A stretch of DNA of 64,000 nucleotides, from NCBI GenBank assembly GCA_051362555.1, contig CM120645.1:18228001-18292000 (forward strand), in the 5' to 3' direction. The translations under genes were made by a program, and so were the position numbers. Within the stretch, counting starts at the first letter, position 1. Each line of letters begins with the position of its first letter. Source of the DNA: Lingula anatina (lineage: Eukaryota > Animalia > Brachiopoda). Shown one piece after another: positions 26,701-39,725 of this stretch. Under the pieces are notes generated by a model. The model searched no databases. It was given only the letters and a program-made list of their open reading frames with translations, and was not told the origin of the DNA.

Positions 26701-29700
26701 GCAAATTCCTATAGAAAGAACAGGCAGCAAAAGACAACAGCAAGAGCAATGCTATATCTCATCCATGTGTACAATAGATGGTACATGGCAAGCTTTAGGA
26801 CATTGTCAAATGGTGTGCTTAACCCGATTCCAGAAACCGATCATAAGGAGGAATCTGCATCTGGTATTGGTAGTAAGGAGATGTCTTAAATGGGTATATA
26901 TTCTTTTCCACAGGACAATTATGGGTAATTTGTCACCTCTTACACAAACAAACTCAAATCATAATATTTGATGTTTAATGTGAGGCTAATTAGATGTTGT
27001 GAAATTGAAAAAAAAAAAACGTTTTAGATAATTCTCACTCTTCCCATACAAAATGTCAAACAACTACACTTCTATTACACACTGTCAACTGTTAAGCTTA
27101 TCACAGATTTTTGTTATTGTTGAGCATCATTTGTTCAAATTCCACAAATATTGTTCAAGATTTGTGAAAATTATTAACGTTTAACTATTTTAAGGCACCG
27201 CATTTGGCAGTCTTTTAAATGTCATTTTCAGTTTTCTCACATTTATATGCTCTGAAAATTTCTTTTTCATGAGACACAGTCAACTGATGAGCTTATCACA
27301 GATTTTTATTGTTGTTATGCATCATCAATCCAAATTTCACAAATATTAGACAAGATTTGTGAAAATTGTTAATGTTTAACTATTTTTATTGAACCCTTTT
27401 GGCAGTCTTATCAATGCAATTTTCAGTTCTCGGCAATTCATTTGCTCTGAAAAATCTTTTTCATGAGACACAGTCAACTGATGAGCTTATCACAGATTTT
27501 TATTGTAGTTTTGCATCATCTGTCCAATTTTCACAAATATTAGACAAGATTTGTGAAAATTATTAACGTTTAACTATTTTATGGCATGGAATTTAGCAGT
27601 CTTCTATGTAATTTTCAGTTTTCTGCAATTCATTTCCTCTGAAAAATCTTTTTCATAAGACACATTCAACTGATGAGCTTATCACAGATTTTTATTGTTG
27701 TTATGCATTATCTATCCAAATTTCACAAATATTAAACAAGATTTGTGAAAATTATTAAGGTTTAACTATTTTTTGGCATGGAATTTAGCAGTCTTTTAAA
27801 TGTCATTTTCAGTTTTCTCACATTTATATGCTCTGAAAATTTCTTTTTCATGAGACACAGTCAACTGATGAGCTTATCACAGATTTTTATTGTTGTTATG
27901 CATCATCTGTCCAAATTTCACAAATATTAGACAAGATTTGTGAAAATTATTAACGTTTAACTATTTTAAGGTACCGCATTTCGCAGTTTTTTCAATGTCA
28001 TTTTCAGTTTTCTCAAATCTCGGCAATTCATTTGCTCTGAAAAATCTTTTTCATGAGACACAGTCAACTGATGAGCTTATCACAGATTTTTATTGTTGTT
28101 TTGTATCATCTGTCCAATTTTCACAAATATTAGACAAGATTTCTGAAAATTATTAATGTTTAACTATTTTATGGCATGGAATTTAGCAGTCTTTTCTATG
28201 TAATTTTCAGTTTTCTGCAATTCATTTGCTCTGAAAATCTTTTTCATAAGACACATTCAACTGATGAGCTTATCACAGATTTTTATTGTTGTTATGCATC
28301 ATCTATCCAAATTTCACAAATATTAAACAAGATTTGTGAAAATTATTAACGTTTAACTATTTTTTGGCATGGAATTTAGCAGTCTTTTAAATGTCATTTT
28401 CAGTTTTCTCGCATTTATATGCTCTGAAAATTTCTTTTTCATGAGACACAGTCAACTGATGAGCTTATCACAGATTTTTATTGTTGTTATGCATCATCTG
28501 TCCAAATTTCACAAATATTAGACAAGATTTGTGAAAATTATTAACGTTTAACTATTTTAAGGCACCGCATTTCGCAGTTTTTTCAATGTCATTTTCAGTT
28601 TTCTCAAATCTCGGGAATTCATTTGCTCTGAAAAATCTTTTTCATGAGACACAGTCAACTGATGAGCTTATCACAGATTTTTATTGTTGTTTTGCATCAT
28701 CTGTCCAATTTTCACAAATATTAGACAAGATTTCTGAAAATTATTAATGTTTAACTATTTTATGGCATGGAATTTAGCAGTCTTTTCTATGTAATTTTCA
28801 GTTTTCTGCAATTCATTTGCTCTGAAAATCTTTTTCATAAGACACATTCAACTGATGAGCTTATCACAGATTTTTATTGTTGTTATGCATCATCTATCCA
28901 AATTTCACAAATATTAAACAAGATTTGTGAAAATTATTAACGTTTAACTATTTTTTGGCATGGAATTTAGCAGTCTTTTAAATGTCATTTTCAGTTTTCT
29001 CGCATTTATATGCTCTGAAAATTTCTTTTTCATGAGACACAGTCAACTGATGAGCTTATCACAGATTTTTATTGTTGTTATGCATCATCTGTCCAAATTT
29101 CACAAATATTAGACAAGATTTGTGAAAATTATTAACGTTTAACTATTTTAAGGCACCGCATTTCGCAGTTTTTTCAATGTCATTTTCAGTTTTCTCAATT
29201 TTATATATTCCAAAAATATCCTATTTATTATGCACAGTCAACTGTTAAGGTTAACTTTATCAAAATTATAAATGTTTATCAATTTTAGTGTGGGAAATTT
29301 GTCAATTTTTAGAATTTAATTTTCACATTTTTCAAACATATTGTTCTTTTTCCAGGTGCCTTTTCCATACAGCGTGGTGGCTTTTTTGGTGAACTGATTC
29401 TTCCTGTCTGGTCATGGCAAATTCCTATAGAAAGAACAGGCAGCAAAAGACAACAGCAAGAGCAATGCTATATCTCATCCATGTGTACAATAGATGGTAC
29501 ATGGCAAGCTTTAGGACATTGTCAAATGGTGTGCTTAACCCGATTCCAGAAACCGATCATAAGGAGGAATCTGCATCTGGTATTGGTAGTAAGGAGATGT
29601 CTTAAATGGGTATATATTCTTTTCCACAGGACAATTATGGGTAATTTGTCACCTCTTACACAAACAAACTCAAATCATAATATTTGATGTTTAATGTGAG

Positions 29701-32700
29701 GCTAATTAGATGTTGTGAAATTGAAAAAAAAAAAACGTTTTAGATAATTCTCACTCTTCCCATACAAAATGTCAAACAACTACACTTCTATTACACACTG
29801 TCAACTGTTAAGCTTATCACAGATTTTTGTTATTGTTGAGCATCATTTGTTCAAATTCCACAAATATTGTTCAAGATTTGTGAAAATTATTAACGTTTAA
29901 CTATTTTAAGGCACCGCATTTGGCAGTCTTTTAAATGTCATTTTCAGTTTTCTCACATTTATATGCTCTGAAAATTTCTTTTTCATGAGACACAGTCAAC
30001 TGATGAGCTTATCACAGATTTTTATTGTTGTTATGCATCATCAATCCAAATTTCACAAATATTAGACAAGATTTGTGAAAATTGTTAATGTTTAACTATT
30101 TTTATTGAACCCTTTTGGCAGTCTTATCAATGCAATTTTCAGTTCTCGGCAATTCATTTGCTCTGAAAAATCTTTTTCATGAGACACAGTCAACTGATGA
30201 GCTTATCACAGATTTTTATTGTAGTTTTGCATCATCTGTCCAATTTTCACAAATATTAGACAAGATTTGTGAAAATTATTAACGTTTAACTATTTTATGG
30301 CATGGAATTTAGCAGTCTTCTATGTAATTTTCAGTTTTCTGCAATTCATTTCCTCTGAAAAATCTTTTTCATAAGACACATTCAACTGATGAGCTTATCA
30401 CAGATTTTTATTGTTGTTATGCATTATCTATCCAAATTTCACAAATATTAAACAAGATTTGTGAAAATTATTAAGGTTTAACTATTTTTTGGCATGGAAT
30501 TTAGCAGTCTTTTAAATGTCATTTTCAGTTTTCTCACATTTATATGCTCTGAAAATTTCTTTTTCATGAGACACAGTCAACTGATGAGCTTATCACAGAT
30601 TTTTATTGTTGTTATGCATCATCTGTCCAAATTTCACAAATATTAGACAAGATTTGTGAAAATTATTAACGTTTAACTATTTTAAGGTACCGCATTTCGC
30701 AGTTTTTTCAATGTCATTTTCAGTTTTCTCAAATCTCGGCAATTCATTTGCTCTGAAAAATCTTTTTCATGAGACACAGTCAACTGATGAGCTTATCACA
30801 GATTTTTATTGTTGTTTTGCATCATCTGTCCAATTTTCACAAATATTAGACAAGATTTCTGAAAATTATTAATGTTTAACTATTTTATGGCATGGAATTT
30901 AGCAGTCTTTTCTATGTAATTTTCAGTTTTCTGCAATTCATTTGCTCTGAAAATCTTTTTCATAAGACACATTCAACTGATGAGCTTATCACAGATTTTT
31001 ATTGTTGTTATGCATCATCTATCCAAATTTCACAAATATTAAACAAGATTTGTGAAAATTATTAACGTTTAACTATTTTTTGGCATGGAATTTAGCAGTC
31101 TTTTAAATGTCATTTTCAGTTTTCTCGCATTTATATGCTCTGAAAATTTCTTTTTCATGAGACACAGTCAACTGATGAGCTTATCACAGATTTTTATTGT
31201 TGTTATGCATCATCTGTCCAAATTTCACAAATATTAGACAAGATTTGTGAAAATTATTAACGTTTAACTATTTTAAGGTACCGCATTTCGCAGTTTTTTC
31301 AATGTCATTTTCAGTTTTCTCAAATCTCGGCAATTCATTTGCTCTGAAAAATCTTTTTCATGAGACACAGTCAACTGATGAGCTTATCACAGATTTTTAT
31401 TGTTGTTTTGCATCATCTGTCCAATTTTCACAAATATTAGACAAGATTTCTGAAAATTATTAATGTTTAACTATTTTATGGCATGGAATTTAGCAGTCTT
31501 TTCTATGTAATTTTCAGTTTTCTGCAATTCATTTGCTCTGAAAATCTTTTTCATAAGACACATTCAACTGATGAGCTTATCACAGATTTTTATTGTTGTT
31601 ATGCATCATCTATCCAAATTTCACAAATATTAAACAAGATTTGTGAAAATTATTAACGTTTAACTATTTTTTGGCATGGAATTTAGCAGTCTTTTAAATG
31701 TCATTTTCAGTTTTCTCGCATTTATATGCTCTGAAAATTTCTTTTTCATGAGACACAGTCAACTGATGAGCTTATCACAGATTTTTATTGTTGTTATGCA
31801 TCATCTGTCCAAATTTCACAAATATTAGACAAGATTTGTGAAAATTATTAACGTTTAACTATTTTAAGGCACCGCATTTCGCAGTTTTTTCAATGTCATT
31901 TTCAGTTTTCTCAAATCTCGGCAATTCATTTGCTCTGAAAAATCTTTTTCATGAGACACAGTCAACTGATGAGCTTATCACAGATTTTTATTGTTGTTTT
32001 GCATCATCTGTCCAATTTTCACAAATATTAGACAAGATTTCTGAAAATTATTAATGTTTAACTATTTTATGGCATGGAATTTAGCAGTCTTTTCTATGTA
32101 ATTTTCAGTTTTCTGCAATTCATTTGCTCTGAAAATCTTTTTCATAAGACACATTCAACTGATGAGCTTATCACAGATTTTTATTGTTGTTATGCATCAT
32201 CTGTCCAAATTTCACAAATATTAGACAAGATTTGTGAAAATTATTAACGTTTAACTATTTTAAGGTACCGCATTTCGCAGTTTTTTCAATGTCATTTTCA
32301 GTTTTCTCAAATCTCGGCAATTCATTTGCTCTGAAAAATCTTTTTCATGAGACACAGTCAACTGATGAGCTTATCACAGATTTTTATTGTTGTTTTGCAT
32401 CATCTGTCCAATTTTCACAAATATTAGACAAGATTTCTGAAAATTATTAATGTTTAACTATTTTATGGCATGGAATTTAGCAGTCTTTTCTATGTAATTT
32501 TCAGTTTTCTGCAATTCATTTGCTCTGAAAATCTTTTTCATAAGACACAGTCAACTGATCAGCTTATCACTGATTTTTTATGTTGTTATGCATCATCTGT
32601 TCAAATTTCACAAATATTGGACAAGATTTGTGAAAATTATTGACGTTTCAGTATTTTATGGCATGGATTTTAGCAGTCTTTTCAATGTAATTTTCAGTTT

Positions 32701-33702
32701 TCTGCAATTCATTTGCTCTGAAAAGTCTTTTTCATGAAACACATTCAACTGATGAGCTTATCACAGATTTTTATTGTTGTTATGCATCATCTATCCAAAT
32801 TTCACAAATATTAAACAAGATTTGTGAAAATTATTAACGTTTCAGTATTTTATGGCATGGATTTTAGCAGTCTTTTCAATGTAATTTTCAGTTTTCTGCA
32901 ATTCATTTGCTCTGAAAAGTCTTTTTCATGAAACACATTCAACTGATGAGCTTATCACAGATTTTTATTGTTGTTATGCATCATCTGTCCAAATTTCACA
33001 AATATTAAACAAAATTTGTTAAAATTATTAACGTTTAACTATTTTAAGGCACCACATTTCCCAGTTTTTTCAATGTCATTTTCAGTTTTCTCAATTTTAT
33101 ATATTCCAAAAATATCCTATTCATTAGACACAGTCAACTGTTAAGGTTAACTTTATCAAAATTATAAGTATTTAACTATTTAAGTGTGGGAAATTTGTCA
33201 ATTTTTAGAATTTAATTTTCACTTTTTTGAAACATATTGTTCTTTTTCTAGGTGCCCTTTTCCATACAGCATGGTGGCTCTTTTGGCGAACTGATTCTTC
33301 CTGTCTGGTCATGGCTAATTCCTATAGAAAAAACAGCAAAAGACAACAGCAAGAGCAATGCTATGTCTCATCCATGTGTACAATAGATGATATATGGCAA
33401 GCTTTAGGACATTGTCAAATGGTGTGCTAAACCCGATTCCAGAAACCGATTGTAAGGAGGAATCTGCATCTGGTATTGGTAGTAAGGAGATGTCTTATTT
33501 GGGTATATATTCTTTTCCAGAGGACAATTATGGGTAATTTGTCTCCTCTTACACAAACAAACTCAAATCATAATATTTGATGTTTAATGTGAGGCTAATT
33601 AGATGTTGTGAAATTGAAAAAAAAAATGTTTTAGATAATTCTCACTCTTCCCATACAAAATGTTAAACATCTACACTTCTATTACACACTGTCACATGTT
33701 AA
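14798..33702. repeat. ~195-bp satellite array with higher-order repeats (2126-bp base unit plus ~590-bp trimer expansions)
   Basis: TCAACTGATGAGCTTATCACAGA-type motif recurs at 14881, 15076 and 15271. The unique spacer recurs at 15447, 17573, 19699, 23391, 26698, 29414 and ~33311 (intervals 2126, 2126, 3692, 3307, 2716, ~3897). Confidence 0.97.
15389..15673 (+). other. Exon-like cassette in the satellite spacer (further copies start at 17515, 19641, 23333, 26640, 29356; diverged copy 33252; partial copy ~43455)
   Basis: Preceded by ttgttctttttcCAG; candidate donors G|GTATAT (after 15642) and G|GTAATT (after 15673). Higher GC and complexity than the monomers. The 285-nt version is open in phase 1 at both ends. 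Confidence 0.45.
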
Positions 33703-33994
33703 GGTGGGTAATAGGGTTAACTACGCTTAAAATCATGTTTTTGAGTTTTTTGTGTGTTTCTATTTATCAAAAAAGCATCTAATGTTGGATGTAATAATTT
33801 TTTTGAATTTGCACTGCAAAATGTGTCTTTTGATGAGTTTTTCAACCTGCACGTGCCCCAGTCAGGCTGACATCTCTGTTGCTAAGGGTCGTTGCCATGA
33901 GGGGGGCAGAGCATAGTTAATGAGTTATAAGCCGATAACGTGTGCGGTGATAGGTCATAAGTCTTACATCAGCTAAGCAGTGAAGAAGTCGAGT

Positions 33995-34300
33995 ATGCTA
34001 CGGGGAAGAGAAAAGTTCGTGTTAAAAGTCCATTTCCAGAGGAAAGAAAGAAAATTTTGAGAGTATGTGGGCGGTTGGAGGTAAACTGGTTTTTGTTCAG
34101 TCAGATGATGAGAGAGAGAGAATCTACCTGGAGTGAGTGCTCGTAAGATTTTGAAGGACTTTGAACAGCCCTCGGAGTCTTCTGACAGTGATCGTGAGGA
34201 AGAAACAGTAGCTACTGGGTACAGGCTTTGGCACAGTGGACAGTTGTTAGAAAGTGCCTACAAGTAGTGTGTTTGTTGTGTGTGAGAGAAATCCAAGCAA
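33995..34300 (+). pseudogene. Kolobok-like transposase N-terminal fragment
   Basis: Reads MLRGREK...GVSARKILKDFEQPSESSDSDREEETVATGYRLWHSGQLLESAYK*CVCC, matching the recalled basic start / SAxKL / acidic tract / GYRL..L..CxxC layout. Contains stops. Confidence 0.55.
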
Positions 34301-35086
34301 TGGTTGACAGCATGATTAAAAAAAAGAACAATGAAAATAAAACGCAAGTCAACTTGCATTTTGCGATGTTTGGAGAAAAACAATGTCAAAATCACAGATC
34401 AAGCGGGAAGAAAGAGTTCAAAATGTACCCAAAATAAAAATCATAAAAAGACTTATTGAAAAAATTAATACCCCCCCCCCCACCCTTGAGTTCACAGTTA
34501 CCAGGATAATTAGTTAAGAACTACTACTGTCACCCAGTTTTATCTGATCACTTTGCTGATAACAGAAAAGGAATCTCTCAGGTAAAATTACTCGATTGCC
34601 GAGGGAGACCCATTGAAAGGTTCAAATGCAACTTCACACCTCTTAATTGCGGTTAAACATAATCGCCTTTGTTAGCGCTTCCTTCTACATATCCTTGACA
34701 CCCTACTGGGCATCACTAGGCTAGGGTCCTCTCCAGAGCTGTCAATCAAAATGGCGGCACGCTAACAAGCCTAACAAGTGGTCGGAAAATGTAACAAAAG
34801 CACGATTTTCTGACCTTTCAAAGCACCTAAACAAAATATTTTTAGATGACAATGAGCAATGGTTCCATCTGATCGTATAACCGATAACAGGTAAATTTGC
34901 CAGCTAAGCATTTGACTAATAAGCTCTGTTAACCAACCTGTGAACGTTTTTGGCTGTTTTAACAGCTTTCTATAACGACGAGATAAGTGAATCGCTGCCA
35001 AGTATATCTCACTATCTGAGCAACCGAACGTTACAAAAGTTGCACCTATTGTTGTTGGGAATGTGGACTACAGCATGATGTCAGGG

Positions 35087-38000
35087 TGTAAAATACCACT
35101 TTGGGTATTTTATAATTGTACCACCAGCGTAGGCGCTGGCGGTACACATGGTTTTAGTCCCGACCCGTATGTTCCGCCGGCTCCGCCGGCTCCTGCAGTC
35201 ACTGTTACCACTTCTTTTTTGCATTTTGTAGAGCATGTAAAGCCCAACACTGGAGGTGGTCTCCGTTTTTTTGTATTCCATACGGTTTTCGAGTTACGCT
35301 GTATCAAAAAGTACATATTGGTGGTGAAAGCAAAATGAGCAGTACGGTAATGGATAATAAATTTTGAACTCCAGAAAAATAAAACATAAGGCTTGGCAAA
35401 GCAGACAACTTGTGGTCAAAAATGACATTATTTCATCAAATTTGAACATCTGGAACTTCAGAGCACCTCCCATTTCAAGAATTTTGACCAAAATGACCTT
35501 TTCTTTATTCTAATTAATTTTTTCTGTAGGAAATTTATGGCACATTATGGTAACTCCAAAATTGTACCATTTAGTCCCTTATATCTCCAAAACTGGCAGA
35601 GATAGGTCCATAGTTACTATTGAAGTTGAATAGGAAGTCATATACTGGCAATCTAAATGTGACCTTAAAATTGACCTTTGACCTACTTTTCACCATGAAC
35701 TGAACTTTGCAAATTTTGCTTCCCTTTTATCTCCAAAACTGGCAGAGATAGGTCCATAGTCTCTATTGAACTTGAATAGGAAATCATATACTGGCAATCT
35801 ACATGTGACCTTAAAATTGACCTTTGACCTACTTTTTGCCATGAACTGAACTTTGCAAATTTTGCTTCCCTTTTATCTCCAAAACTGGCAGAGATAGGTC
35901 CATAGTCTCTATTGAACTTGAATAGGAAAGCAAATATACTGGCAATCTACATGTGACCTTAAAATTGACCTTTGACCTACTTTTCACCATGAACTGAATT
36001 TTGCAAATTTTGATTCCCTTTTATCTCCAAAACTGGCAGAGATAGGTCCATAGTTACTATTGAAGTTGAATAGGAAGTCATATACTGGCAATCTAAATGT
36101 GACCTTAAAATTGACCTTTGACCTACTTTTCACCATGAACTGAACTTTGCAAATTTTGCTTCCCTTTTATCTCCAAAGTTACGCTGTATCAAAAAGTACA
36201 TATTGGTGGTGAAAGCAAAATGTGCAGTACGGTAATGGATAATAAATTTTGAACTCTGGAAAAATAAAACATAAGGCTTGGCAAAGCAGACAACTTGTGG
36301 TCAAAAATGACATTATTTCATCAAATTTGAACATCTGGAACTTCAGAGCACCTCCCATTTCAAGAATTTTGACCAAAATGACCTTTTCTTTATTCTAATT
36401 AATTTTTTCTGTAGGAAATTTATGGCACATTATGGTAACTCCAAAATTGTACCATTTAGTCCCTTATATCTCCAAAACTGGCAGAGATAGGTCCATAGTT
36501 ACTATTGAAGTTGAATAGGAAGTCATATACTGGCAATCTACATGTGACCTTAAAATTGACCTTTGACCTACTTTTCACCATGAACTGAACTTTGCAAATT
36601 TTGCTTCCCTTTTATCTCCAAAACTGGCAGAGATAGGTCCATAGTCTCTATTGAAGTTGAATAGGAAGTCATATACTGGCAATCTAAGTGTGACCTTAAA
36701 ATTGACCTTTGACCTACTTTTCACCATGAACTGAACTTTGCAAATTTTGATTCCCTTTTATCTCCAAAACTGGCAGAGATAGGTCCATAGTTACTATTGA
36801 AGTTGAATAGGAAGTCATATACTGGCAATCTAAATGTGACCTTAAAATTGACCTTTGACCTACTTTTCACCATGAACTGAACTTTGCAAATTTTGCTTCC
36901 CTTTTATCTCCAAAGTTACGCTGTATCAAAAAGTACATATTGGTGGTGAAAGCAAAATGTGCAGTACGGTAATGGATAATAAATTTTGAACTCTGGAAAA
37001 ATAAAACATAAGGCTTGGCAAAGCAGACAACTTGTGGTCAAAAATGACATTATTTCATCAAATTTGAACATCTGGAACTTCAGAGCACCTCCCATTTCAA
37101 GAATTTTGACCAAAATGACCTTTTCTTTATTTTAATTAATTTTTTCTGTAGGAAATTTATGGCACATTATGGTAACTCCAAAATTGTACCATTTAGTCCC
37201 TTATATCTCCAAAACTGGCAGAGATAGGTCCATAGTTACTATTGAAGTTGAATAGGAAGTCATATACTGGCAATCTACATGTGACCTTAAAATTGACCTT
37301 TGACCTACTTTTCACCATGAACTGAACTTTGCAAATTTTGCTTCCCTTTTATCTCCAAAACTGGCAGAGATAGGTCCATAGTTACTATTGAAGTTGAATA
37401 GGAAGTCATATACTGGCAATCTAAGTGTGACCTTAAAATTGACCTTTGACCTACTTTTCACCATGAACTGAACTTTGCAAATTTTGCTTCCCTTTTATCT
37501 CCAAAACTGGCAGAGATAGGTCCATAGTTACTATTGAAGTTGAATAGGAAGTCATATACTGGCAATCTAAATGTGACCTTAAAATTGACCTTTGACCTAC
37601 TTTTCACCATGAACTGAACTTTGCATATTTTGCTTCCCTTTTATCTCCAAAACTGGCAGAGATAGGTCCATAGTTACTATTGAAGTTGAATAGGAAGTCA
37701 TATACTGGCAATCTAAGTGTGACCTTGAAATTGACCTTTGACCTACTTATTATCATGAACAGAACTCTGCTAATTTCTTTCTCTTTTAACTCCAAACCTG
37801 GCAGAGATAGGCCCACAGTTACTATTGAAGTTGAATAGGAAGTCATATACTGGCAATTTACTGACCTTGGAATTGACCTTTGACCTACCTTACGATGAAC
37901 TTAACTTTGATTGTACCATTTTTAGTTATATATATATTTTTTGCATATTTTGAAAATTCTTGTTGATTGCATTTTTACAGCTTGTCAAGCACAAGACTGG

Positions 38001-38624
38001 TGGCTGTGTTCCTTATTTTGTGTATGTGGGGGTCTATACGAATGCGCTTGCTCCAGCTGGTGGTACAATATTCGGAGGCGGTATCACCTCTCTGATCCTC
38101 TAGTTGATATAAATAATTAATTAAAATAATATTCATATCCTTAGATAAGCTTAGAAGGGGGCAGTCAATAGACATTCGGGAATGATCGTGACCGGGGCAC
38201 ATGGCACGAGATAAAATTTAGAAATGCCTTTGAAGGCTAGGGCGGATAATGATGATCCAGGAAACACGGTGACTGAGTTGGGGCAAAGCCTGAGACAAAA
38301 GGACTGCGCTCAGTCAAGTGTTATTTCTTCCTGGTTATTAAAATTCCTGAATGATCTATATAGGCTGCCCTGTTTTAAGGTGAATTCATATCGTATTTTG
38401 GCTTTGGCGATATCATTATACATTTTGGACTGACAGTTACTAAGTAGAAGAAACATCTGTATATTTTCCAAAAGACAGTATAATTTCCACTTGCATCAAA
38501 TGAATATCTTGTTCATTTTATTGGATCAGCTGGGTGCACAACACTAAGGCCCAAGAACCAGCGCGTTATCTAACGTGACATTATTTTAACGTAAAGTCTG
38601 ACTGACGAAGTCTGGGACTTAACA
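35087..38624 (+). repeat. 5' LTR (~550 bp), split by HINE-A copy 2 into 35087-35116 and 38104-38624
   Basis: 38289-38624 matches 41462-41797; starts TG directly after the TSD, ends CA before the PBS. Confidence 0.85.
35117..38103 (+). mobile_element. HINE-A copy 2 inserted in the Gypsy 5' LTR; internal core-plus-array module triplicated
   Basis: Same subTIRs, hairpin and CTAG end as copy 1, in a TT site. Modules start at 35293, 36178 and 36915 with identical ctccaaa|gttacgc junctions. About 0.5 kb of the 5' core is deleted at a TTCT microhomology. Confidence 0.9.
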
Positions 38625-38626
38625 AT

Positions 38627-38645
38627 TGGCGAGCTCTTTTCAGGA
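38627..38645 (+). promoter_or_regulatory. Primer-binding site, probably tRNA-Arg
   Basis: TGGCGAGC...CAGGA two bases after the LTR end, partly matching the complement of the tRNA-Arg(ACG) 3' end (TGGCGAGCCAGCCAGGA). Confidence 0.65.
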
Positions 38646-38669
38646 CTTAATTTTTAGCGATCTAACGAA

Positions 38670-39725
38670 ATGAATCCAGATTCTCTTCAACAACTGTCCA
38701 CCGGAGTTGCAGCTTTGGCAAAAACAACGGTGCAGGCGCACCAGGAAGATGGACAGTGAAGAAATTTAATGCAGGAAAGATGGCGAGCGGAAGATGCTCG
38801 AAATGTGCAGATGGAACGCATGAAAATAGAGGGTGAGCATCAGACAAAATTGGACGTACTGTGCAGGGCTATTAAACCCTGTGATGGGTCCATTCCGGAC
38901 GACACGTGAGACTGGATTGACCAAATTGATCGAACAATTCCCCGGACGGAGGAAATTGAACACGCCACAATTAAACTGGCACTGCAGACGGCACAAGGGC
39001 CAATGGCAGGTGAGATAGATTATTTCTTAAATCAACAGCCAGAGTATTTTGGAACGGACTGGACGGTGCTACAAAACCATATTCAACGGGTCTTTCTTTC
39101 CACAGATGAAACTTGTTGCATTCGAGCCGAATTGGAACGAATAAAACAATCACAATTCGAGAACACGGCGTCCTATAACCGCCGCTTTAGAGACGTGGCA
39201 CGTAAAGCATACCCACTTCCATGATCCGAGGAAGCGGAACACCTGTTAATTAAGGCTTATATGCGGGGCCTGAATGAGATTCGCCTCGCTAGAGACATGA
39301 TACGGAAGGGACGACCGGTAACGTTACAAGAAGCTATGAGATACGTGGACAATGAAGAGGTGGGTGATCTCCTGTTTCAAACTGTCTATGGAGACCGAAA
39401 TAGCAACACTAAACGCCGCATTGAGGAGCCAATGGAAATTGGGGCGACACAACCTGCGGACCAAGTACCAGGATGGGCTACAGAACTAAAAGAGTCGATC
39501 TTATCTGCATTGAAAACCGCAGCTCAACGCGAGCCACCGATGACGTCATCTAACACAAGACAGCACCCACGCAAACCGCCTCAATCGTCTAAGGACAGTA
39601 AGGGTTGGACGGCAGACGGACAGATAAAATGTTTTCATTGTGGTAAAGTAGGCCATGTAAAGGCAGAATGTTACCAACTCAAAGCTTTACGTAAGAAACA
39701 GCAACCTTTTGACCATTTAAACTAG
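38670..39725 (+). pseudogene. gag: Gypsy gag with CCHC zinc knuckle, disrupted
   Basis: RAELERIKQ..YNRRF, AYMRGL, PVTLQEAM, EEPMEIG and CFHCGKVGHVKAEC motifs; frameshifts and in-frame stops in the 5' half. Confidence 0.9.
39716..39722 (+). promoter_or_regulatory. -1 ribosomal frameshift slippery heptamer T TTA AAC at the gag-pol junction
   Basis: X XXY YYZ heptamer directly before the gag TAG. The -1 frame (TTT AAA CTA GTT ... CGT ATG) is open into the protease ORF. Confidence 0.8.

Noticed and set aside
15447-29687. Repeated 63-aa and 68-aa ORFs as a stand-alone multigene family
   Set aside because: They are overlapping frames of the same satellite spacer; identity reflects array homogenisation, and the older copies break the frames.
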